From positions 744,001 through 808,000 of the forward strand of contig NW_025765492.1 in the NCBI RefSeq assembly GCF_003918875.1: DNA of 64,000 nucleotides, read 5' to 3'. How positions within the stretch are numbered: position 1 is the first letter of the stretch; the number at the start of each line of letters is the position of its first letter. Below the pieces are notes generated by a model. The model saw only the letters and a list, made by a program, of their open reading frames with translations, was not told where the DNA came from and did no database searches. Positions 12,315 through 22,657 of the stretch are shown here, piece after piece. This DNA is from Haliotis rubra. Its lineage: Eukaryota. Made by a program: the position numbers and the translations under genes.

Positions 12315-14996
12315 AAAACTGTCCGGCGGGTGATGATCCAGATCTAGTCTGCCAAACCTTCTTCTGTGCCAACCAGACCCTGGCCAACGAGTTCTGCTGC
12401 GCCACCTGTAAACCTTTAGTCACTGATACCACGGGTTCAAGCATAACAGCAGCATCCGTCACCGCATCTACAGTCACGTCAGTGGGGACATCTGGGAGCA
12501 GTGCTACCCTGACGACAGGAGGCACATCTGGAAGCAGTGCTACCTTGACAACAGGAGGCACATCTGGAAGCAGTGCTACAATGACGACAGGAGGCACTTC
12601 TGGGAGCAGTGCTACCTTGACAGGAGGAACATCTGGAACTAGTGCTACCATGACGACAGGGGGCACATCTGGAAGCAGTGCTACAATGACGACAGGAGGC
12701 ACATCTGGAAGCAGTGCTACCATGACAACAGGAGGCACATCTGGGAGCAGTGCTACCTTGACAACAGGTGGCACATCTGGAAGCAGTGCTACCATGACAA
12801 CAGGTGGCACATCTGGAAGCAGTGCTACCATGACAACAGGTGGCACATCTGGAAGCAGTGCTACCATGACAACAGGTGGCACATCTGGAAGCAGTGCTAC
12901 CTTGACAACAGGTGGCACATCTGGAAGCAGTGCTACCTTGACAACAGGTGGAACATCTGGGAGCAGTGCTACCTTGACAACAGGAGGCACATCTGGAAGC
13001 AGTGCTACGTTGACAACAGGAGGAACATCTGGGAGCAGTGCTACCTTGACAACAGGAGGCACATCTGGAACTAGCGCTACAATGACAACAGGAGGCACAT
13101 CAGGAACGAGCGCTACCTTGGGAACTAGACATTGACAACAGGAGGCACATCAGGAACGAGCGCTACCTTGACAACAGGAGGCACATCAGGAACGAGCGCT
13201 ACAATGACGACAGGTGGCACATCAGGAACGAGCGCTACCATGACAACAGACAACAGGAGGCACATCTGGAAGCAGTGCTACCATGACAACAGGAGGCACA
13301 TCAGGAACGAGCGCTGACAACAGGAGGCACATCTGGAAGCGCTACCTTGTGTCACCATGACAACAGGAGGCACATCTGGAAGCAGTGCTACCATGACAAC
13401 AGGACATCAGGAAGCAGCACTACCTTGACAACAGGAGGCACATCTGGAAGCAGTGCGACCTTGAGTGCTACCTTGACAACAGGAGGAACATCTGGAAGCA
13501 GTGCTACAATGACGACAGGTGGCACATCGGGAACTAGCGCTACAATGACAACAGGAGGCACATCAGGAACGAGCGCTACCTTGACAACAGGAGGCACATC
13601 AGGAACGAGCGCTACAATGACGACAGGTGGCACATCAGGAACTAGCGCTACCTTGACAACAGGAGGCACATCAGGAACGAGCGCTACCATGACAACAGGA
13701 GGCACATCTGGAACTAGCGCTACAATGACAACAGGAGGCACATCAGGAACGAGCGCTACAATGACAACAGGAGGCACATCTGGAACTGAGCGCTACCATG
13801 ACAACAGGAGGCACATCTGGAAGCAGTGCTACCTTGACAACAGGAGGCACATCTGGAACGAGCGCTACCATGACAACAGGAGGCACATCTGGAAGCAGTG
13901 CTACCATGACAACAGGAGGCACATCTGGAAGGAAATGACGAGGAGGCACATCTGGAACGCGCTACAATGACGACAGGAGGCACATCAGGAACTAGCGCTA
14001 CCTTGACAACAGGAGGCACATCTGGAAGCAGTGCGCAATGACAACAGGACACATCAGGTGCTACCTGACAACAGGCACATCTGGAAGCAGCGCTACAATG
14101 ACGACGGAGGCACTTCTGGAACTAGCGCTACAATGACAACAGGAGGCACATCAGGAACGAGCGCTACAATGACAACAGGAGGCACATCAGGAACTGAGCG
14201 CTACAATGACGACAGGTGGCACATCAGGAACTAGCGCTACCTTGACAACAGGAGGCACATCTGGAAGCAGTGCTACCATGACAACAGGAGGCACATCTGG
14301 AAGCAGTGCTACAATGACAACAGGAGGCACATCAGGAACTAGCGCTACCTTGACAACAGGAGGCACATCTGGAAGCAGTGCTACCATGACAACAGGAGGC
14401 ACATCTGGAAGCAGTGCTACCATGACAACAGGGGGCACATCTGGAAGCAGTGCTACCATGACAACAGGAGGCACATCTGGAAGCAGTGCGACAATGACGA
14501 CAGGTGGCACATCAGGAACTAGCGCTACCTTGACGACAGGAGGCACATCTGGAAGCAGTGCTACCTTGACAACAGGGGCACATCTGGAAGCAGTGCTACC
14601 ATGACAACAGGAGGCACATCTGGAAGCAGTGCGACAATGACGACAGGAGGCACATCAGGAACTAGCGCTACCCTGACAACAGGTGGCACATCTGGAAGCA
14701 GTGCTACCATGACAACAGGAGGCACATCTGGAAGCAGTGCTACCATGACCACAGGAGGCACATCTGGAAGCAGTGCTACCATGACAACAGGAGGCACATC
14801 AGGAACTAGCGCTACCTTGACAACAGGAGGCACATCTGGAAGCAGTGCGACAATGACGACAGGAGGCACATCTGGAAGCAGTGTTACCATGACAACAGCA
14901 TCTCTATTCCCAGCTACCGCAACCCAGGGGATTAGTATATCTTCAACTGCTGCAACCCCACCTACGACAGCCTCTCTGTTTTCAACATCAACATAG
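12315..14996 (+). CDS. Terminal exon C: 6-Cys domain plus Thr/Gly/Ser mucin repeat (TTGGTSG[S/T]SAT[M/L])n; central frameshifts probably assembly noise
   Basis: Acceptor ttcacag|AA (phase 1), NCPAGDDPDLVCQTFFCANQTLANEFCCATCK, 36-bp repeats ~12480-14895, ends TTASLFSTST-TAG at 14996, AATAAA 15572-15577. Confidence 0.75.
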
Positions 14997-16189
14997 ATTA
15001 ATGTAGCAGTACTGATTTTTTGTATAAACGATCACATGTACACATCAATTGGTCAAACATCTAACGAATTACATAAGAGAAATGTTTGTATCATAAACGA
15101 TGTAGCGGGGTATTGCCATTACTGAGGGACAACGTTCACATGCATATTCATCATGTTTATAATTTTCTTTTGTTGATGGTCATGCTTAATTATCCACAAT
15201 ATAAATGTTTCATGTTTAGTGATGCAGTGTTTTCATTTTTCTTTCCTTGCTGCTATTTTGTTTGATTTTGGTTTTTGAATGTGTTGAGGTTGAGTATTAA
15301 TGTTACGTAGTTTTCATATTATTGATGATATATTTAAATTCATTTTTCATCTTACAGCTGCTGTATGTTATGATATGGATTGTTGTCGAGGGTCGGTTAG
15401 GTTCCTGAGTACTGAAACAGTCACGACCAGGTTCGATTCCCCATATCGGTGCAATGTGAGAAGTCCATTTCTGGTGTCCCCCGCCGTAATGTCTGATGGA
15501 ATATCACTCACTTTGAAATGATTAAGATGTTGTTAATTTCATTTATGCTTTTGTTTTGCAAATCGAATGATAATAAAAGTAGTCCTTCAAAGTCTTCTCT
15601 TGAGATTTATATCATTACTATACCCACAAAGAAATACATCGCGGTGGTTCCCGGAGAAAGCATTTGTCTTATGCCTTTGCTGTGATTTACCTTTGTAGTG
15701 GTGTAATTCTTAAATGATCGAATCTTGGCATCGAATCTAGTGATTGATAGCATGAGCAAAGAATCAATATGTGGGTCACTCAGAGTATACCCTGTAACAA
15801 CCCGATCATCATACAGTTGCCAATATGTAGCCCAGTGGTACAAGTGTTCGCAAGCCACGACGATTCCACGGGTTCGATTCCCTTCATGGGGTGTATTACA
15901 ATGGGTAATACAATATGTGTTTGAAACATTGTGCTGGGTTGCGTGAAACATTTGGTAAATTGACATTGTCAAATGGCTGAAATGTGTACAAATGCTCAGA
16001 AGTACATCCCGCCTCATGAATATATACGCAAACAGGTGTTATTCCGTGTCTGAGGCATCTGTCACTCATGGATGCCTGGGAATGGAATGTTGTTCTTAGT
16101 CTTATACGACAGTAGACCAGCCGGCCAGTAAACAACACACTGAACTGACAGCGTCAAACAAATTATGGTTGTGTGTATTGTGTTACTGT

Positions 16190-16310
16190 TGAGTATATGT
16201 GTGCCCAGAGTATATGTGTGCCCAGAGCATATGTGTGCCCAGAGCATATGTGTGCCCAGAGCATATGTGTGCCCAGAGTATATGTGTGCCCAGAGTATAT
16301 GTGTGCCCAC
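16190..16310. repeat. 18-bp tandem repeat (atatgtgtgcccagag[c/t]), about 6 copies
   Basis: Directly visible. Confidence 0.9.
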
Positions 16311-16867
16311 AGACTAAGAGTGAACTATACAAGCGGCATGAGTCGGGCAAGCAAGAACGCGCGCGCGCACTCACACACACACACATTAATACATGCATTA
16401 GCTTCATCATAGGACAAATATCCGAGTGTGTGTGTAAATGAAGCCAGACATTTCGTACACGACATGAACACAACCGGAATATTTTTGTTCGACATGGCTT
16501 ACCGACTGTGATTCCACTCGTCCAGGTTACCAGCAATATCGTCATGTCAACGGAGCGATCACATTTTTGACATAATGCACGACGGGATTATTTCTATCCC
16601 ATGGAGAACTCAACATTTTAGATGACTTATTCGAAAGGTCAAACAATTATGTTGTATTGGCTGATGGTGACATATATAACAATAACACAAAAATCCATGG
16701 TCTCTTCCAGATAATCACGGCATCAGTTATAAAATAAGCAAATTCTTACATAGTATATATGATAATGGAAAGATGTGTCAGAAGCAATAATGAATTATGT
16801 GATACTTTCAAAAGCCAACTTGGCGTAAGCCAGGGCTATATTCTAAGTGATTATTTGTTTTCTTTCT

Positions 16868-17750
16868 GGATTTACACTACGTCCGCATTTTTTGACGCAT
16901 GCGTTACCGAGTGCGTCTTTTTCCAATACACTAGGGGCTTGATGAATATCAGATGGAGGAAAAATCCTAGCATCTCTGGCAGTTTCTGTGCATTAGGAAG
17001 AGAACAGAACACGGAGATGGTGTGAACATCCCTTAAACCAACAAACATTACTTGAAGGAGCCTATAATCGTCTTATAAGGGAATTATTAGGGAATTATAT
17101 AAAATCAATCTTTTATGAGTTTTCGAAATATTGAACTAAACGTATGTAGAAAATATTTACTTTCATACCAACATTGTTCTCTCATACACTCAGGTATTAC
17201 AAATTCCACATATATAGAATTTGAGCAGTACTGACTTCCCTGGGGAACATAGTTCTGAGGGTTCTGTTGACGTGAACCAGATTGAGCCTCATGAAATATT
17301 TGGGCCATTTTATTTTTCATAAGACTTTTAGAAGCATCTTGAAGTAGCTTATTCTGAGAATGAAATTTATCAAAGGTTTGTCATATTTACGTATATGTTA
17401 TGCACAGAAAGGCGCAGAAACACATTGTAAATAATATCTCATAAAAAACACAGCCTGTCTGCAATTGGAATCGCGTATTTTTATCGAAAGATGAGGAAAT
17501 AGCCTTACCTGATTGTAAATCACCTGGGGAAATACCTTATTGGAATGACGTCATCAGGGGAATTCCTAATGCGAGTTCATTTGCGTTGAGTCAAAAATAG
17601 GAGGCCTACCTATCTAAATCGCTTCGAATCGCAATGCATGCAAAATTCGCACCTAGTGTATTGTCTAAATGGAAAATGTACTGCTTGCGTTTTTTCGGAC
17701 GCAACGCATGACGCCACGCGGAGAAAATCGGACGTAGTGTAAATCCAACC
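16868..17750. mobile_element. Non-autonomous TIR element (PIF/Harbinger-like ends) inserted in the LINE RT domain
   Basis: Perfect 18-bp inverted repeat GGATTTACACTACGTCCG at 16868 and 17729-17746; RT homology resumes on both sides. Confidence 0.75.
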
Positions 17751-18557
17751 TTAATGAATGAATTGGCAAACCAGATTCATGATAACTGCACCAATGGTAT
17801 CCAGCTACTTCAGTAACAGTTCAGTTGTTCTTATTATTTGCTGACGATGCTGTTCTTTTCACAAGTACAATACGTGGCCTACAAAATGTGGTTAAAGAAT
17901 TGGAAAATATTGTATGTCGGAAACTAACCGCCAACAGAGACAAGACAAAAATAATTGTTTTCAAAAATGGTGGAAAACTAGCTCTCAATGAAAAATGGTA
18001 CTACAAAGTTGATATAGAAACCATCAACACTAATAAATATTTCAGTTTAAATTTCACAAATCATCTGTCCGGGTTACTACATATGACACAAGCATCGAAA
18101 CAAGCAAATAAAAACTTGATGGGAATACAGTGGAAACCTCATAAGTAAAATTTCAAGGGACTCGCCAATATCAACATATCAGGTTTTTACCTGTCCATAC
18201 TTATAACTCTTATTGTATATGTAAGATTCTTTTGTGTCATAGATTACTCCAGTGATGCTCTGTGGCGTCGAGATCTTTGGACTTCAAACTTTCATTGTAA
18301 TAGAAAACGTTCATTTGAATGAATGTGTGAGATTTCTAGGCGTAAAGTCGAGCACATCTGACTTAACGGTTTATGGGGATTTCGGAAGACTTCTTTTGCT
18401 TACAGAATCACAAATGAAAGTCATCAAATATTGGTTAAGAATAGCGAATATGTCTTTCTACAGATCACCTAAAAATGCTTTATGATTACAATGAATGGAA
18501 AATATAACTGGATAAGAGATGTACAACATTTACTGTTTTCTATTGGGTTTGGTAACA

Positions 18558-19953
18558 TACTCAAAGGCAAAAGTTAGTGTGATCAACACATTTGTATATA
18601 TAAATGAGAACATTTTCATAACGCATTTTAATATTCTTTATAGTACGCTTCATCCATAACCCAAACAGGGCCCGGTGAGTAGTTTTTGTTTTGCATGAGT
18701 TTTTCGTGCTTTCAAGAAGTCCGTGGAAAAAGGCAAAAAACATGCCCTTTAAAAAGTTTGGGTCTAAACCTCGAATCATTGTCACTCAAATCATTGTTTA
18801 GACGTCGACAGGTCCGAAAAACAAAAATTTGGAACACTCTGCTTGCATATCTCTATCATGCCACGGCTAACTGAAAATGAAGGAAGGCGAGCCATAGGAA
18901 TGCTTGAAACCGGAACATCCCAGTGCAACGTTGCACAGCAATTTAACGTGCACATGAACACCAGATGCCGCTTGTGGAGACGTTATCATCAAAACGACGT
19001 CGTTGCAGACCGTCCCCGAAGTGGCCATCCACCTGTAACCACACGACGGTCGTTGGATTCCAACCACCCAGTTCCTGGTGTCAACAGGATTTCGCCAAGG
19101 ACCATTCGCAGACGTCTGGATGCACACGGGATACGTGCTAGACGTCCTGCCAGACAACATACCGTGCCATTACGTCACCAACGTCTCCGACAGTAGTGGT
19201 AAAGTCTACTGAGGTAGAAAGCACGTGAGTGGAGACATGTTCTTTTCACTGACGAGTCCAGAATCCTCTTGCACCGCGCTGATGGCCGAACCCGAGTTTT
19301 CTGGCGACGTGGTGAGCGTTTTGGCGGCGGTGGAGTGATGGATTGGGGATGACATAACGAGTGCTGGACGTACACCTTTGGTAGTCATTAATGGAAATTT
19401 AACGGGTCTCAGGTACAGAGACGAAATTGTTAATCCAGTCGTCATACCGTTTCTCCAGCAGAATGGTCTAGGAAGGATCTTCAAGCAGGACAACGCCAGA
19501 CCTCATGTCGCCAGGATGGTTCAGCTGTTCTTGGCAGAAGCACAATATTAACGTCCTCCCCTGGTTCGCTAAATCCCCAGATCTGTCCCCTGTCGAACAC
19601 GTCTGGGACGAAATGTTGAGGAGATTGAGACTTTGGCCACATCCCCAAGTCACGCTTCAGGAACTACGCCAGGTGCTTCCACAGGTGCTTCACAAAACTT
19701 CTTAGGACGTGTGATTTGCCCTATGAGGCGCAGGTGTAAAAAATGCATCAATGTTCATGGTGGACATACACGTAATTGACTGTGTGAATTTCATTTTGAC
19801 CGTTCTCACACTGTGTCCTCATTAGCATGTGTCCGCCAGAAACTTTAAAATGTGCCATTTGCAATCCTATTGTGGAATGATTTTCTTGCAATATATCAGT
19901 TGTTAATTCACATATCTAACTTCAAATCAATCACAATCAATTGCCTTTGAGTA
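18558..19953 (+). mobile_element. Decayed Tc1/mariner transposon nested in the LINE
   Basis: TIR TACTCAAAGGCAA...TTGCCTTTGAGTA followed by TA. Transposase remnants MPRL...DRPRSG, VLFTDES, QQDNARPH, WFAKSPDLSPVEHVW; frameshifted. Confidence 0.9.
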
Positions 19954-20519
19954 TATATGGTATGAGCCGGTTATAGAGTCACTCACACATTGTTTGTTAT
20001 CTATAACACGCCTGACTAATATGTGTACTCAGAATTGGACCGCTCGCTGATCTCTGTCAAATAAAGTTATCTACAAAATATTTAAAATATCTGAATACAC
20101 GACAATATAATACCATTTTGAAATACTCCTGCGAGATTCCGCTGATCATCTCATTATTTATAGAAACAGGCAGATATATTGGCATCAAAAGGGAAAATAG
20201 AATGTGTAAACTGTGTAATTTAAACCTAATTGAAGACGAATATCATTTTGTCTGCGAATGTCCAACTTTCTTCTGTTTGAGAAGAAGTTATTTAAAAAGC
20301 TGTTTTTTTCTACATCATATCTTTGTAAAACCATTCAAACCAACCGCACTTTCAGCGTTTGTCAATGTGCATCCATATGCCTCGTTACACCGAGAATATT
20401 TACTTTGTCAAATGTCTACTGCCTAAATTATATGTATAATTGTACTGCAGGCCTGTGACCTTTTCAGTGCAGAAAAAATAAAGATCACAAAGGCATATCA
20501 AAAACACAAACAACCCAGA

Positions 20520-20630
20520 ACATGATTGGCTGAAATATGTTAAGCCCTAGAGATCTATGTCAAGGTTGTTGCTTAGCACAGAGTACGGTCCGTGCCTGGA
20601 GGAGAGATTTAAAAACTAAACGTCAATAAG
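20520..20630 (+). promoter_or_regulatory. Conserved promoter block and non-coding first exon of receptor copy 1 (homologues end at 29190, 37858, 49525)
   Basis: Block ttggctgaaata...tgtcaaggttgtt...ggaggagagattt is conserved upstream of all four copies and always ends at a donor (gtacgt/gtaagt). ATTGG (reverse CCAAT) in copies 1 and 2. No conserved ORF. Confidence 0.6.
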
Positions 20631-21028
20631 GTACGTTCATTTATTGCCTCTTGATTGTTACACACAAGTGGGACACGAGTGGTCCGGTTGTCCAAGCTGT
20701 GGCAGTTCATTGTGAATTGTCGGGTCCTCGAACGTGTCAGGATTCCCATCCTGAAAGACTCGAAATGGCCAGTAACTTCAAGCTGTACATTATACGCATT
20801 CCAGACTACTGTGGACATAGTGGTATTCTAGCATTTCATCTCAAGCAGAATAATCTGCATATCATTATATTAATGGAAACTATGGTTATATATATTGTAT
20901 GTTTACCTACCCGAAACACTGGGTACTACATGTTGTAAAACAATGGAAACGGATCAAATTAGAACGAAGGTTGATAAGCATGTATATAACAATGTGTGAG
21001 TGCGGTAGAGTAAAGGCCTAGGGTTAAG

Positions 21029-21274
21029 AGTGAGTGAGTTTAGTTTTACGCCGCACTCATATATATATTTCAGCTATATGGCGGCGGTCTGTAAATAATC
21101 GAGTCTGGACCAAACAATCCAGTGATCAAAGGCATGAGCATCGATCTGTGTAATTGAGAACCGATGACATGTGTCAACCAAGCCAGCGAGCCTGACCACC
21201 CGATCCCGTTAGTCGCCTCTTACGACAAGCATGGGTTACAGAAGGTTCATTCTAACCCGGACCTTCACGGGTCC
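21029..21274 (-). mobile_element. SINE-like repeat family B (~245 bp); further copies 27743-27987 (+), 32305-32550 (+), 38060-38274 (-), degenerate 29390-29570 (-)
   Basis: Near-identical dispersed copies with core cccatgcttgtcgtaagaggcgactaacggg and tail gctggaatattgctgag...(actc)n. Confidence 0.85.
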
Positions 21275-21779
21275 GAGTGTTATAAAATAATGATGTGAGT
21301 TAATCACACATCCTAGGGCCAGACTCGCAGTGTTATTTAGTGCTAACATAGTTGGCTTAAAGTGATCGTACTATATATATCGTTCGCATGGAAGATATTA
21401 TATTTCAAGTCGACCATGGAATAGATATGCACATTTCAAAATTGATATTTCAATTGCAATCATCATTAAGGGTCTCATCCGATTGTTTACTTCACAAGAC
21501 ATTTCAACATGGTAAAACTGGTAAAAACGGAAATATGATTGTAAATTTCCAAATAGAAAGTGCACTAAAGATGAATGTCATGTTTTACGTGTTTGTGAAT
21601 TCAACAAGTAAATACCTGAGCTGTTTCAACATACGGGTACATAAGGTACTTGTCACACCTATAACACACAATGAGTAAGTGAGTGAGCGAGTTGAGTTTT
21701 ACGCATATGTTGAGTATCAGCCATTGAGGTGGATGTACAAAGCATGTTATCGTTGGATCCTTGTCACTACATAGCAGTA

Positions 21780-22300
21780 CAGTGGACTCTGTATAATCCG
21801 TCACTGACTGGGACCAGAAACAAATGTCGGATTATACAGGGTGTCGGATAATTCAGTGTATCCTTGCTTGAATACTTTTCAAACAGTACAATACATTGTA
21901 ACTGGCTTATATCATAGATCATATACCTAGATCCTCACATTGGCCACTCTGCTTGTAAAAACAACGGTACAGGGGGTTCTCACACTGCCAATTACCCCCC
22001 AATTAGCAAGTGCTGGGACCAAAGAGTAACACTAAACCAGTAACGGTATGTTAGTTGTCAACTGGCCATTGACAGGTTGATTGGCTATTTTAGTCCAGTA
22101 CGGGGAGAGGATGTCGGATAGTACATATTAACAGTGTCATTGGGACGAGAAAATGGTGTCGGAATTCGGGATGTACAGATGTCGGATAATTCAATGTTTA
22201 AATGATGATAATATAGAAGAACGATGCCGGGACCCCGAAAATATGTCAGAATACACAGATTGTCGGATGATTCAGATGGCAGATTATACAGAGTCCACTG
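21780..22300. mobile_element. Tc1/mariner-pogo type MITE
   Basis: TIR CAGTGGACTCTGTATAATC at both ends, TA flanks, internal tgtcgga subterminal repeats. Confidence 0.85.
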
Positions 22301-22336
22301 TATCAGGTTTCTGTGGACTTTAGAACTTTCTAACTA

Positions 22337-22493
22337 GAGTGAGTGAGTGAGTTTAGTTTTATGCTGCTGTTAGCAATATCACAGCGGGGGACACCATAAA
22401 TGAGCTCCACTCATTGTACCCATGTGGGGAATCGAACCCGGGTCTTCGGCGTGACGAGCGAACGCTTTAACCACTAGGCTACCCTACCGCCCC
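22337..22493 (-). mobile_element. tRNA-derived SINE family A (~165 bp); further copies 23150-23319, 24935-25100, 31181-31312, 36569-36675, 36742-36912, 38280-38447, 43928-44095, 44519-44689, 50096-50258, plus older degenerate ones
   Basis: A box tagcctagtgg, B box ggttcgattccc, (actc)n or (agtc)n tail. TSDs: TTTCTAACTA here, TACTCCCTGAAGA at 43.9k, TTAACTGCAACCA at 44.5k, TCTTACACCGTTA at 50.1k. Confidence 0.92.
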
Positions 22494-22657
22494 TTTCTAA
22501 CTAAAGATATTCACAGTCCACCATAACAAACTGCATCGCTTTCACTCATATTTATCTAGATGAATACACTAACACGAAATAATATATAATGCTGAATTGG
22601 TCAAGCAGTTTCGGTCTGAATCATTGTTTATTATTTTTCAGTACAGCTCGCCAGCCT

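Larger units (their letters stand above)
16692..20502 (+). mobile_element. Degenerate 5'-truncated LINE (RTE-X-like ORF2 remnant) carrying two nested DNA elements
   Basis: RT motifs GVSQGYILS (16820) and LLFADD (17830), CGVEIFG and VYGDFGR (18260-18390), C-terminal IETGRY...CKLC...EDEYHFVCEC (20160-20260). Candidate TSD AACACAAA at 16684 and 20503. Confidence 0.8.

Noticed and set aside
18843-19705. Active or domesticated transposase
   Set aside because: All four Tc1 copies in the window have frameshifts, stops or deletions.
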